A stretch of DNA of 64,000 nucleotides, taken from contig CM102287.1 of the NCBI GenBank assembly GCA_046563655.1, positions 1,302,001 through 1,366,000 of the forward strand. Reading direction: 5' to 3'. The notes beneath the pieces were generated by a model that worked only from the letters and a program-made list of their open reading frames with translations, did no database searches and was not told the DNA's origin. Shown here piece by piece: positions 47,801 through 62,800 of the stretch. Source of the stretch: Yuukianura sp. NJ FZ-2021 (taxonomy: Eukaryota). A program made the translations under genes and the position numbers. Within the stretch, counting starts at the first letter, position 1, and each line of letters starts with the position of its first letter.

Positions 47801-50800
47801 ACTTGTTGTCTATAAAGGCTTATAATCTGGACACAATGCTAATTACCTCTGTACAAGCTCATTTTTTAAAGCAGCAGTTTGGTAAATTTCAAAACTTCGT
47901 TTCTGAGAAACCGCTCACATGTAGCAAACAATGGTTTTGGAAATCAACAGGTTTGCCCGGTTACAAATTAGAGCATTAGTAGAATAACTTGTTGTCTATA
48001 AAGGCTTATAATCTGGACACAATGCTAATTACCTCTGTACAAGCTCATTTTTTAAAGCAGCAGTTTGGCAAATTTCAAAACTTCGTTTCTGAGAAACCGC
48101 TCACATGTAGCAAACAATGGTTTTTTTGGAAATCAACAGGTTTGCCCGGTTACAAATTAGAGCATTAGTAGAATAACTTGTTGTCTATAAAGGCTTATAA
48201 TCTGGACACAATGCTAATTACCTCTGTACAAGCTCATTTTTTAAAGCAGCAGTTTGGTAATTTTCAAAACTTCGTTTCTGAGAAACCGCTCACATGTATG
48301 CAAACAATGGGGTTTTTTGGAAATCAACAGGTTAGCATGGTTACAAATTAGAGCATTAGTAGAATAACTTGTTGTCTATAAAGGCTTATAATCTGGACAC
48401 AATGCTAATTACCTCTGTACACGCTCATTTTTTAAAGCAGCAGTTTGGTAAATTTCAAAACTTCGTTTCTGAGAAACCGCTCACATGTAGCAAACAATGG
48501 TTTTTTTTGGAAATCAACAGGTTTGCCCGGTTACAAATTAGAGCATTAGTAGAATAACTTGTTGTCTATAAAGGCTTATAATCTGGACACAATGCTAATT
48601 ACCTCTGTACAAGCTCATTTTTTAAAGCAGCAGTTTGGTAATTTTCAAAACTTCGTTTCTGAGAAACCGCTCACATGTATGCAAACAATGGTTTTGGAAA
48701 TCAACAGGTTTGCCCGGTTACAAATTAGAGCATTAGTAGAATAACTTGTTGTCTATAAAGGCTTATAATCTGGACACAATGCTAATTACCTCTGTACAAG
48801 CTCATTTTTTAAAGCAGCAGTTTGGTAAATTTCAAAACTTCGTTTCTGAGAAACCGCTCACATGTATGCAAACAATGGGTTTTTTTTGGAAATCAACAGG
48901 TTTGCCCGGTTACAAATTAGAGCATTAGTAGAATAACTTGTTGTCTATAAAGGCTTATAATCTGGACACAATGCTAATTACCTCTGTACAAGCTCATTTT
49001 TTAAAGCAGCAGTTTGGTAAATTTCAAAACTTCGTTTCTGAGAAACCGCTCACATGTAGCAAACAATGGTTTTTGGAAATCATCAGGTTTGCTCGCTTAC
49101 AAATTAGAGCATTAGTAGAATAACTTGTTGTCTATAAAGGCTTATAATCTGGACACAATGCTAATTACCTCTGTACAAGCTCATTTTTTAAAGCAGCAGT
49201 TTGGTAATTTTCAAAACTTCGTTTCTGAGAAACCGCTCACATGTATGCAAACAATGGGGTTTTGGAAATCAACAGGTTTGACTGGTTACAAATTAGAGCA
49301 TTAGTAGAATAACTTGTTGTCTATAAAGGCTTATAATCTGGACACAATGCTAATTACCTCTGTACAAGCTCATTTTTTAAAGCAGCAGTTTGGTAATTTT
49401 CAAAACTTCGTTTCTGAGAAACCGCTCACATGTATGCAAACAATGGGGTTTTGGAAATCAACAGGTTTGCCCGGTTACAAATTAGAGCATTAGTAGAATA
49501 ACTTGTTGTCTATAAAGGCTTATAATCTGGACACAATGCTAATTACCTCTGTACAAGCTCATTTTTTAAAGCAGCAGTTTGGTAAATTTCAAAACTTCGT
49601 TTCTGAGAAACCGCTCACATGTATGCAAACAATGGGGTTTTTGGAAATCAACAGGTTTGCCCGGTTACAAATTAGAGCATTAGTAGAATAACTTGTTGTC
49701 TATAAAGGCTTATAATCTGGACACAATGCTAATTACCTCTGTACACGCTCATTTTTTAAAGCAGCAGTATGGTAAATTTCAAAACTTCGTTTCTGAGAAA
49801 CCGCTCACATGTATGCAAACAATGGGTTCTTTTGGAAATCAACAGGTTTGCCCGGTTACAAATTAGAGCATTAGTAGAATAACTTGTTGTCTATAAAGGC
49901 TTATAATCTGGACACAATGCTAATTACCTCTGTACAAGCTCATTTTTTAAAGCAGCAGTTTGGTAAATTTCAAAACTTCGTTTCTGAGAAACCGCTCACA
50001 TGTATGCAAACAATGGGGTTTTTTGGAAATCAACAGGTTTGCCCGGTTACAAATTAGAGCATTAGTAGAATAACTTGTTGTCTATAAAGGCTTATAATCT
50101 GGACACAATGCTAATTACCTCTGTACAAGCTCATTTTTTAAAGCAGCAGTTTGGTAATTTTCAAAACTTCGTTTCTGAGAAACCGCTCACATGTATGCAA
50201 ACAATGGGGTTTTTTGGAAATCAACAGGTTTGCCCGGTTACAAATTAGAGCATTAGTAGAATAACTTGTTGTCTATAAAGGCTTATAATCTGGACACAAT
50301 GCTAATTACCTCTGTACACGCTCATTTTTTAAAGCAGCAGTTTGGTAAATTTCAAAACTTCGTTTCTGAGAAACCGCTCACATGTAGCAAACAATGGGGT
50401 TTTTTGGAAATCAACAGGTTTGCCCGGTTACAAATTAGAGCATTAGTAGAATAACTTGTTGTCTATAAAGGCTTATAATCTGGACACAATGCTAATTACC
50501 TCTGTACAAGCTCATTTTTTAAAGCAGCAGTTTGGTAATTTTCAAAACTTCGTTTCTGAGAAACCGCTCACATGTATGCAAACAATGGGGTTTTTTGGAA
50601 ATCAACAGGTTAGCATGGTTACAAATTAGAGCATTAGTAGAATAACTTGTTGTCTATAAAGGCTTATAATCTGGACACAATGCTAATTACCTCTGTACAA
50701 GCTCATTTTTTAAAGCAGCAGTTTGGCAAATTTCAAAACTTCGTTTCTGAGAAACCGCTCACATGTAGCAAACAATGTTTTTTTTGGAAATCAACAGGTT

Positions 50801-53800
50801 TGCCCGGTTACAAATTAGAGCATTAGTAGAATAACTTGTTGTCTATAAAGGCTTATAATCTGGACACAATGCTAATTACCTCTGTACAAGCTCATTTTTT
50901 AAAGCAGCAGTTTGGTAAATTTCAAAACTTCGTTTCTGAGAAACCGCTCACATGTAGCAAACAATGGGGTTTTTTGGAAATCAACAGGTTTGCCCGGTTA
51001 CAAATTAGAGCATTAGTAGAATAACTTGTTGTCTATAAAGGCTTATAATCTGGACACAATGCTAATTACCTCTGTACACGCTCATTTTTTAAAGCAGCAG
51101 TTTGGTAAATTTCAAAACTTCGTTTCTGAGAAACCGCTCACATGTATGCAAACAATGGGGTTTTTTGGAAATCAACAGGTTTGCCCGGTTACAAATTAGA
51201 GCATTAGTAGAATAACTTGTTGTCTATAAAGGCTTATAATCTGGACACAATGCTAATTACCTCTGTACAAGCTCATTTTTTAAAGCAGCAGTTTGGTAAA
51301 TTTCAAAACTTCGTTTCTGAGAAACCGCTCACATGTATGCAAACAATGGGTTTTTTTGGAAATCAACAGGTTTGCCCGGTTACAAATTAGAGCATTAGTA
51401 GAATAACTTGTTGTCTATAAAGGCTTATAATCTGGACACAATGCTAATTACCTCTGTACAAGCTCATTTTTTAAAGCAGCAGTTTGGTAAATTTCAAAAC
51501 TTCGTTTCTGAGAAACCGCTCACATGTATGCAAACAATGGGGTTTTTGGAAATCAACAGGTTTGCCCGGTTACAAATTAGAGCATTAGTAGAATAACTTG
51601 TTGTCTATAAAGGCTTATAATCTGGACACAATGCTAATTACCTCTGTACAAGCTCATTTTTTAAAGCAGCAGTTTGGTAAATTTCAAAACTTCGTTTCTG
51701 AGAAACCGCTCACATGTATGCAAACAATGGTTTTGGAAATCAACAGGTTTGCCCGGTTACAAATTAGAGCATTAGTAGAATAACTTGTTGTCTATAAAGG
51801 CTTATAATCTGGACACAATGCTAATTACCTCTGTACAAGCTCATTTTTTAAAGCAGCAGTTTGGTAATTTTCAAAACTTCGTTTCTGAGAAACCGCTCAC
51901 ATGTATGCAAACAATGGTTTTTGGAAATCATCAGGTTTGCCCGGTTACAAATTAGAGCATTAGTAGAATAACTTGTTGTCTATAAAGGCTTATAATCTGG
52001 ACACAATGCTAATTACCTCTGTACACGCTCATTTTTTAAAGCAGCAGTTTGGTAAATTTCAAAACTTCGTTTCTGAGAAACCGCTCACATGTATGCAAAC
52101 AATGGGGTTTTTTGGAAATCAACAGGTTTGCCCGGTTACAAATTAGAGCATTAGTAGAATAACTTGTTGTCTATAAAGGCTTATAATCTGGACACAATGC
52201 TAATTACCTCTGTACAAGCTCATTTTTTAAAGCAGCAGTTTGGTAAATTTCAAAACTTCGTTTCTGAGAAACCGCTCACATGTATGCAAACAATGGGGTT
52301 TTTGGAAATCAACAGGTTTGCCCGGTTACAAATTAGAGCATTAGTAGAATAACTTGTTGTCTATAAAGGCTTATAATCTGGACACAATGCTAATTACCTC
52401 TGTACAAGCTCATTTTTTAAAGCAGCAGTTTGGTAAATTTCAAAACTTCGTTTCTGAGAAACCGCTCACATGTATGCAAACAATGGGGTTTTTTGGAAAT
52501 CAACAGGTTTGCCCGGTTACAAATTAGAGCATTAGTAGAATAACTTGTTGTCTATAAAGGCTTATAATCTGGACACAATGCTAATTACCTCTGTACAAGC
52601 TCATTTTTTAAAGCAGCAGTTTGGCAAATTTCAAAACTTCGTTTCTGAGAAACCGCTCACATGTAGCAAACAATGGTTTTGGAAATCAACAGGTTTGCCC
52701 GGTTACAAATTAGAGCATTAGTAGAATAACTTGTTGTCTATAAAGGCTTATAATCTGGACACAATGCTAATTACCTCTGTACAAGCTCATTTTTTAAAGC
52801 AGCAGTTTGGCAAATTTCAAAACTTCGTTTCTGAGAAACCGCTCACATGTAGCAAACAATGGTTTTTTTTTTGGAAATCAACAGGTTTGCTCGGTTACAA
52901 ATTAGAGCATTAGTAGAATAACTTGTTGTCTATAAAGGCTTATAATCTGGACACAATGCTAATTACCTCTGTACAAGCTCATTTTTTAAAGCAGCAGTTT
53001 GGTAAATTTCAAAACTTCGTTTCTGAGAAACCGCTCACATGTATGCAAACAATGGGGTTTTGGAAATCAACAGGTTTGCCCGGTTACAAATTAGAGCATT
53101 AGTAGAATAACTTGTTGTCTATAAAGGCTTATAATCTGGACACAATGCTAATTACCTCTGTACAAGCTCATTTTTTAAAGCAGCAGTTTGGTAAATTTCA
53201 AAACTTCGTTTCTGAGAAACCGCTCACATGTAGCAAACAATGGGGTTTTGGAAATCAACAGATTTGCCCGGTTACAAATTAGAGCATTAGTAGAATAACT
53301 TGTTGTCTATAAAGGCTTATAATCTGGACACAATGCTAATTACCTCTGTACACGCTCATTTTTTAAAGCAGCAGTTTGGTAAATTTCAAAACTTCGTTTC
53401 TGAGAAACCGCTCACATGTATGCAAACAATGGGTTTTTTTGGAAATCAACAGGTTTGCCCGGTTACAAATTAGAGCATTAGTAGAATAACTTGTTGTCTA
53501 TAAAGGCTTATAATCTGGACACAATGCTAATTACCTCTGTACAAGCTCATTTTTTAAAGCAGCAGTTTGGTAAATTTCAAAACTTCGTTTCTGAGAAACC
53601 GCTCACATGTAGCAAACAATGGTTTTTTGGAAATCAACAGGTTTGCCCGGTTACAAATTAGAGCATTAGTAGAATAACTTGTTGTCTATAAAGGCTTATA
53701 ATCTGGACACAATGCTAATTACCTCTGTACAAGCTCATTTTTTAAAGCAGCAGTTTGGTAAATTTCAAAACTTCGTTTCTGAGAAACCGCTCACATGTAT

Positions 53801-56800
53801 GCAAACAATGGTTTTGGAAATCAACAGGTTTGCCCGGTTACAAATTAGAGCATTAGTAGAATAACTTGTTGTCTATAAAGGCTTATAATCTGGACACAAT
53901 GCTAATTACCTCTGTACAAGCTCATTTTTTAAAGCAGCAGTTTGGTAATTTTCAAAACTTCGTTTCTGAGAAACCGCTCACATGTAGCAAACAATGGGGT
54001 TTTTTGGAAATCAACAGGTTTGCCCGGTTACAAATTAGAGCATTAGTAGAATAACTTGTTGTCTATAAAGGCTTATAATCTGGACACAATGCTAATTACC
54101 TCTGTACAAGCTCATTTTTTAAAGCAGCAGTTTGGTAAATTTCAAAACTTCGTTTCTGAGAAACCGCTCACATGCTGACAAACAATGGGGTTTTTTGGAA
54201 ATCAACAGGTTTGCCCGGTTACAAATTAGAGCATTAGTAGAATAACTTGTTGTCTATAAAGGCTTATAATCTGGACACAATGCTAATTACCTCTGTACAA
54301 GCTCATTTTTTAAAGCAGCAGTTTGGTAAATTTCAAAACTTCGTTTCTGAGAAACCGCTCACATGTATGCAAACAATGGGGTTTTTGGAAATCAACAGGT
54401 TTGCCCGGTTACAAATTAGAGCATTAGTAGAATAACTTGTTGTCTATAAAGGCTTATAATCTGGACACAATGCTAATTACCTCTGTACAAGCTCATTTTT
54501 TAAAGCAGCAGTTTGGCAAATTTCAAAACTTCGTTTCTGAGAAACCGCTCACATGTAGCAAACAATGGTTTTTTTTTGGAAATCAACGGGTTTGCCCGGT
54601 TACAAATTAGAGCATTAGTAGAATAACTTGTTGTCTATAAAGGCTTATAATCTGGACACAATGCTAATTACCTCTGTACACGCTCATTTTTTAAAGCTGC
54701 AGTTTGGCAAATTTCAAAACTTCGTTTCTGAGAAACCGCTCACATGTATGCAAACAATGGGTTTTTTTGGAAATCAACAGGTTTGCCCAGTTACAAATTA
54801 GAGCATTAGTAGAATAACTTGTTGTCTATAAAGGCTTATAATCTGGACACAATGCTAATTACCTCTGTACAAGCTCATTTTTTAAAGCAGCAGTTTGGTA
54901 AATTTCAAAACTTCGTTTCTGAGAAACCGCTCACATGTATGCAAACAATGGGGTTTTTTGGAAATCAACAGGTTTGCCCGGTTACAAATTAGAGCATTAG
55001 TAGAATAACTTGTTGTCTATAAAGGCTTATAATCTGGACACAATGCTAATTACCTCTGTACACGCTCATTTTTTAAAGCAGCAGTTTGGTAAATTTCAAA
55101 ACTTCGTTTCTGAGAAACCGCTCACATGTATGCAAACAATGGGGTTTTTTGGAAATCAACAGGTTTGCCCGGTTACAAATTAGAGCATTAGTAGAATAAC
55201 TTGTTGTCTATAAAGGCTTATAATCTGGACACAATGCTAATTACCTCTGTACAAGCTCATTTTTTAAAGCAGCAGTTTGGTAAATTTCAAAACTTCGTTT
55301 CTGAGAAACCGCTCACATGTATGCAAACAATGGGGTTTTTTGGAAATCAACAGGGTTGCCCGGTTACAAATTAGAGCAGTAGTAGAATAACTTGTTGTCT
55401 ATAAAGGCTTATAATCTGGACACAATGCTAATTACCTCTGTACAAGCTCATTTTTTAAAGCAGCAGTTTGGTAAATTTCAAAACTTCGTTTCTGAGAAAC
55501 CGCTCACATGTATGCAAACAATGGGTTTTTGGAAATCAACAGGTTTGCCCGGTTACAAATTAGAGCATTAGTAGAATAACTTGTTGTCTATAAAGGCTTA
55601 TAATCTGGACACAATGCTAATTACCTCTGTACAAGCTCATTTTTTAAAGCAGCAGTTTGGTAAATTTCAAAACTTCGTTTCTGAGAAACCGCTCACATGT
55701 AGCAAACAATGGGTTTTTTTGGAAATCAACAGGTTTGCCCGGTTACAAATTAGAGCATTAGTAGAATAACTTGTTGTCTATAAAGGCTTATAATCTGGAC
55801 ACAATGCTAATTACCTCTGTACACGCTCATTTTTTAAAGCAGCAGTTTGGTAAATTTCAAAACTTCGTTTCTGAGAAACCGCTCACATGTATGCAAACAA
55901 TGGGGTTTTTTGGAAATCAACAGGTTTGCCCGGTTACAAATTAGAGCATTAGTAGAATAACTTGTTGTCTATAAAGGCTTATAATCTGGACACAATGCTA
56001 ATTACCTCTGTACAAGCTCATTTTTTAAAGCAGCAGTTTGGCAAATTTCAAAACTTCGTTTCTGAGAAACCGCTCACATGTAGCAAACAATGGGGTTTTT
56101 GGAAATCAACAGGTTTGCCCGGTTACAAATTAGAGCATTAGTAGAATAACTTGTTGTCTATAAAGGCTTATAATCTGGACACAATGCTAATTACCTCTGT
56201 ACAAGCTCATTTTTTAAAGCAGCAGTTTGGTAAATTTCAAAACTTCGTTTCTGAGAAACCGCTCACATGTATGCAAACAATGGGGTTTTTTGGAAATCAA
56301 CAGGTTAGCATGGTTACAAATTAGAGCATTAGTAGAATAACTTGTTGTCTATAAAGGCTTATAATCTGGACACAATGCTAATTACCTCTGTACAAGCTCA
56401 TTTTTTAAAGCAGCAGTTTGGTAAATTTCAAAACTTCGTTTCTGAGAAACCGCTCACATGTATGCAAACAATGGTTTTTTGGAAATCAACAGGTTTGCCC
56501 GGTTACAAATTAGAGCATTAGTAGAATAACTTGTTGTCTATAAAGGCTTATAATCTGGACACAATGCTAATTACCTCTGTACAAGCTCATATTTTAAAGC
56601 AGCAGTTTGGTAAATTTCAAAACTTCGTTTCTGAGAAACCGCTCACATGTAGCAAACAATGGGGTTTTGGAAATCAACAGGTTTGCCCGGTTACAAATTA
56701 GAGCATTAGTAGAATAACTTGTTGTCTATAAAGGCTTATAATCTGGACACAATGCTAATTACCTCTGTACAAGCTCATTTTTTAAAGCAGCAGTTTGGTA

Positions 56801-59800
56801 AATTTCAAAACTTCGTTTCTGAGAAACCGCTCACATGTAGCAAACAATGGGGTTTTTGGAAATCAACAGGTTTGCCCGGTTACAAATTAGAGCATTAGTA
56901 GAATAACTTGTTGTCTATAAAGGCTTATAATCTGGACACAATGCTAATTACCTCTGTACAAGCTCATTTTTTAAAGCAGCAGTTTGGTAAATTTCAAAAC
57001 TTCGTTTCTGAGAAACCGCTCACGTGTTGACAAACAATAGGTTTTTTGGAAATCAACAGGTTTGCCCGGTTACAAATTAGAGCATTAGTAGAATAACTTG
57101 TTGTCTATAAAGGCTTATAATCTGGACACAATGCTAATTACCTCTGTACAAGCTCATTTTTTAAAGCAGCAGTTTGGCAAATTTCAAAACTTCGTTTCTG
57201 AGAAACCGCTCACATGTATGCAAACAATGGGGTTTTTTGGAAATCAACAGGTTTGCCCGGTTACAAATTAGAGCATTAGTAGAATAACTTGTTGTCTATA
57301 AAGGCTTATAATCTGGACACAATGCTAATTACCTCTGTACAAGCTCATTTTTTAAAGCAGCAGTTTGGTAAATTTCAAAACTTCGTTTCTGAGAAACCGC
57401 TCACATGTATGCAAACAATGGGGTTTTTGGAAATCAACAGGGTTGCCCGGTTACAAATTAGAGCAGTAGTAGAATAACTTGTTGTCTATAAAGGCTTATA
57501 ATCTGGACACAATGCTAATTACCTCTGTACAAGCTCATTTTTTAAAGCAGCAGTTTGGTAAATTTCAAAACTTCGTTTCTGAGAAACCGCTCACATGTAT
57601 GCAAACAATGGTTTTTTGGAAATCAACAGGTTTGCCCGGTTACAAATTAGAGCATTAGTAGAATAACTTGTTGTCTATAAAGGCTTATAATCTGGACACA
57701 ATGCTAATTACCTCTGTACACGCTCATTTTTTAAAGCAGCAGTTTGGTAAATTTCAAAACTTCGTTTCTGAGAAACCGCTCACATGTATGCAAACAATGG
57801 TTTTTTTGGAAATCAACAGGTTTGCCCGGTTACAAATTAGAGCATTAGTAGAATAACTTGTTGTCTATAAAGGCTTATAATCTGGACACAATGCTAATTA
57901 CCTCTGTACAAGCTCATTTTTTAAAGCAGCAGTTTGGCAAATTTCAAAACTTCGTTTCTGAGAAACCGCTCACATGTATGCAAACAATGGTTTTTTTTTT
58001 TGGAAATCAACAGGTTTGCCCGGTTACAAATTAGAGCATTAGTAGAATAACTTGTTGTCTATAAAGGCTTATAATCTGGACACAATGCTAATTACCTCTG
58101 TACAAGCTCATTTTTTAAAGCAGCAGTTTGGTAAATTTCAAAACTTCGTTTCTGAGAAACCGCTCACATGTATGCAAACAATGGGGTTTTTGGAAATCAA
58201 CAGGTTTGCATGGTTACAAATTAGAGCATTAGTAGAATAACTTGTTGTCTATAAAGGCTTATAATCTGGACACAATGCTAATTACCTCTGTACAAGCTCA
58301 TTTTTTAAAGCAGCAGTTTGGTAAATTTCAAAACTTCGTTTCTGAGAAACCGCTCACATGTATGCAAACAATGGGGTTTTTTGGAAATCAACAGGTTTGC
58401 CCGGTTACAAATTAGAGCATTAGTAGAATAACTTGTTGTCTATAAAGGCTTATAATCTGGACACAATGCTAATTACCTCTGTACACGCTCATTTTTTAAA
58501 GCAGCAGTTTGGTAAATTTCAAAACTTCGTTTCTGAGAAACCGCTCACATGTATGCAAACAATGGGGTTTTTTGGAAATCAACAGGTTAGCATGGTTACA
58601 AATTAGAGCATTAGTAGAATAACTTGTTGTCTATAAAGGCTTATAATCTGGACACAATGCTAATTACCTCTGTACAAGCTCATTTTTTAAAGCAGCAGTT
58701 TGGCAAATTTCAAAACTTCGTTTCTGAGAAACCGCTCACATGTAGCAAACAATGGTTTTGGAAATCAACAGGTTTGCCCGGTTACAAATTAGAGCATTAG
58801 TAGAATAACTTGTTGTCTATAAAGGCTTATAATCTGGACACAATGCTAATTACCTCTGTACACGCTCATTTTTTAAAGCAGCAGTTTGGTAAATTTCAAA
58901 ACTTCGTTTCTGAGAAACCGCTCACATGTATGCAAACAATGGGTTTTTTTTGGAAATCAACAGGTTTGCCCGGTTACAAATTAGAGCATTAGTAGAATAA
59001 CTTGTTGTCTATAAAGGCTTATAATCTGGACACAATGCTAATTACCTCTGTACAAGCTCATTTTTTAAAGCAGCAGTTTGGAAATTTTCAAAACTTCGTT
59101 TCTGAGAAACCGCTCACATGTATGCAAACAATGGTTTTGGAAATCATCAGGTTTGCCCGGTTACAAATTAGAGCATTAGTAGAATAACTTGTTGTCTATA
59201 AAGGCTTATAATCTGGACACAATGCTAATTACCTCTGTACAAGCTCATTTTTTAAAGCAGCAGTTTGGTAAATTTCAAAACTTCGTTTCTGAGAAACCGC
59301 TCACATGTATGCAAACAATGGGTTTTTTTTGGAAATCAACAGGTTAGCATGGTTACAAATTAGAGCAGTAGTAGAATAACTTGTTGTCTATAAAGGCTTA
59401 TAATCTGGACACAATGCTAATTACCTCTGTACACGCTCATTTTTTAAAGCAGCAGTTTGGTAAATTTCAAAACTTCGTTTCTGAGAAACCGCTCACATGT
59501 ATGCAAACAATGGGGTTTTTTGGAAATCAACAGGTTTGCCCGGTTACAAATTAGAGCATTAGTAGAATAACTTGTTGTCTATAAAGGCTTATAATCTGGA
59601 CACAATGCTAATTACCTCTGTACACGCTCATTTTTTAAAGCAGCAGTTTGGTAAATTTCAAAACTTCGTTTCTGAGAAACCGCTCACATGTATGCAAACA
59701 ATGGGGTTTTTTGGAAATCAACAGGTTTGCCCGGTTACAAATTAGAGCATTAGTAGAATAACTTGTTGTCTATAAAGGCTTATAATCTGGACACAATGCT

Positions 59801-62800
59801 AATTACCTCTGTACAAGCTCATTTTTTAAAGCAGCAGTTTGGTAATTTTCAAAACTTCGTTTCTGAGAAACCGCTCACATGTATGCAAACAATGGGGTTT
59901 TTTGGAAATCAACAGGTTTGCCCGGTTACAAATTAGAGCATTAGTAGAATAACTTGTTGTCTATAAAGGCTTATAATCTGGACACAATGCTAATTACCTC
60001 TGTACAAGCTCATTTTTTAAAGCAGCAGTTTGGCAAATTTCAAAACTTCGTTTCTGAGAAACCGCTCACATGTAGCAAACAATGGTTTTTTTTGGAAATC
60101 AACAGGTTTGCTCGGTTACAAATTAGAGCATTAGTAGAATAACTTGTTGTCTATAAAGGCTTATAATCTGGACACAATGCTAATTACCTCTGTACAAGCT
60201 CATTTTTTAAAGCAGCAGTTTGGCAAATTTCAAAACTTCGTTTCTGAGAAACCGCTCACATGTATGCAAACAATGGGGTTTTTTGGAAATCAACAGGTTA
60301 GCATGGTTACAAATTAGAGCATTAGTAGAATAACTTGTTGTCTATAAAGGCTTATAATCTGGACACAATGCTAATTACCTCTGTACACGCTCATTTTTTA
60401 AAGCAGCAGTTTGGTAAATTTCAAAACTTCGTTTCTGAGAAACCGCTCACATGTATGCAAACAATGGGGTTTTTGGAAATCAACAGGTTTGCCCGGTTAC
60501 AAATTAGAGCATTAGTAGAATAACTTGTTGTCTATAAAGGCTTATAATCTGGACACAATGCTAATTACCTCTGTACACGCTCATTTTTTAAAGCAGCAGT
60601 TTGGTAAATTTCAAAACTTCGTTTCTGAGAAACCGCTCACATGTATGCAAACAATGGGGTTTTTTGGAAATCAACAGGTTTGCCCGGTTACAAATTAGAG
60701 CATTAGTAGAATAACTTGTTGTCTATAAAGGCTTATAATCTGGACACAATGCTAATTACCTCTGTACACGCTCATTTTTTAAAGCAGCAGTTTGGTAAAT
60801 TTCAAAACTTCGTTTCTGAGAAACCGCTCACATGTATGCAAACAATGGGTTTTTTGGAAATCAACAGGTTTGCCCGGTTACAAATTAGAGCATTAGTAGA
60901 ATAACTTGTTGTCTATAAAGGCTTATAATCTGGACACAATGCTAATTACCTCTGTACAAGCTCATTTTTTAAAGCAGCAGTTTGGTAAATTTCAAAACTT
61001 CGTTTCTGAGAAACCGCTCACATGTATGCAAACAATGGGTTTTTTTGGAAATCAACAGGTTTGCCCGGTTACAAATTAGAGCATTAGTAGAATAACTTGT
61101 TGTCTATAAAGGCTTATAATCTGGACACAATGCTAATTACCTCTGTACACGCTCATTTTTTAAAGCAGCAGTTTGGTAAATTTCAAAACTTCGTTTCTGA
61201 GAAACCGCTCACATGTATGCAAACAATGGGGTTTTTTGGAAATCAACAGGTTAGCATGGTTACAAATTAGAGCAGTAGTAGAATAACTTGTTGTCTATAA
61301 AGGCTTATAATCTGGACACAATGCTAATTACCTCTGTACAAGCTCATTTTTTAAAGCAGCAGTTTGGTAAATTTCAAAACTTCGTTTCTGAGAAACCGCT
61401 CACATGTTGACAAACAATTGGGTTTTTTGGAAATCAACAGGTTTGCCCGGTTACAAATTAGAGCATTAGTAGAATAACTTGTTGTCTATAAAGGCTTATA
61501 ATCTGGACACAATGCTAATTACCTCTGTACAAGCTCATTTTTTAAAGCAGCAGTTTGGCAAATTTCAAAACTTCGTTTCTGAGAAACCGCTCACATGTAT
61601 GCAAACAATGGTTTTTTGGAAATCAACAGGTTTGCCCGGTTACAAATTAGAGCATTAGTAGAATAACTTGTTGTCTATAAAGGCTTATAATCTGGACACA
61701 ATGCTAATTACCTCTGTACAAGCTCATGTTTTAAAGCAGCAGTTTGGTAAATTTCAAAACTTGGTTTCTGAGAAACCGCTCACGTTTTTTGGAAATCAAC
61801 AGGTTTGCCCGGTTACAAATTAGAGCATTAGTAGAATAACTTGTTGTCTATAAAGGCTTATAATCTGGACACAAAACTAATTACCTCTGTACAAGCTCAT
61901 TTTTTAAAGCAGCAGTTTGGTAAATTTCAAAACTTCGTTTCTGAGAAACCGCTCACATGTAGCAAACAATGGTTTTTTTTGGGAATCAACAGGTTTGCTC
62001 GGTTACAAATTAGAGCATTAGTAGAATAACTTGTTGTCTATAAAGGCTTATAATCTGGACACAATGCTAATTACCTCTGTACAAGCTCATTTTTTAAAGC
62101 AGCAGTTTGGCAAATTTCAAAACTTCGTTTCTGAGAAACCGCTCACATGTTGACAAACAATGGGTTTTTTTTTTGAAATCAACAGATTTGCCCGGTTACA
62201 AATTAGAGCATTAGTAGAATAACTTGTTGTCTATAAAGGCTTATAATCTGGACACAATGCTAATTACCTCTGTACACGCTCATTTTTTAAAGCAGCAGTT
62301 TGGTAAATTTCAAAACTTCGTTTCTGAGAAACCGCTCACATGTATGCAAACAATGGGGTTTTTTGGAAATCAACAGGTTTGCCCGGTTACAAATTAGAGC
62401 ATTAGTAGAATAACTTGTTGTCTATAAAGGCTTATAATCTGGACACAATGCTAATTACCTCTGTACACGCTCATTTTTTAAAGCAGCAGTTTGGTAAATT
62501 TCAAAACTTCGTTTCTGAGAAACCGCTCACATGTAGCAAACAATGGTTTTTTTTTTTTTGGAAATCAACAGGTTTGCCCGGTTACAAATTAGAGCATTAG
62601 TAGAATAACTTGTTGTCTATAAAGGCTTATAATCTGGACACAATGCTAATTACCTCTGTACAAGCTCATTTTTTAAAGCAGCAGTTTGGTAAATTTCAAA
62701 ACTTCGTTTCTGAGAAACCGCTCACATGTATGCAAACAATGGGTTTTTTGGAAATCAACAGGTTAGCATGGTTACAAATTAGAGCATTAGTAGAATAACT

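Noticed and set aside
16100..62798. Dozens of 60-63 aa ORFs starting MLSIKAYNLDT
   Set aside because: They are by-products of the satellite monomer: TTG starts, frames switched at random by homopolymer length, and no protein features.
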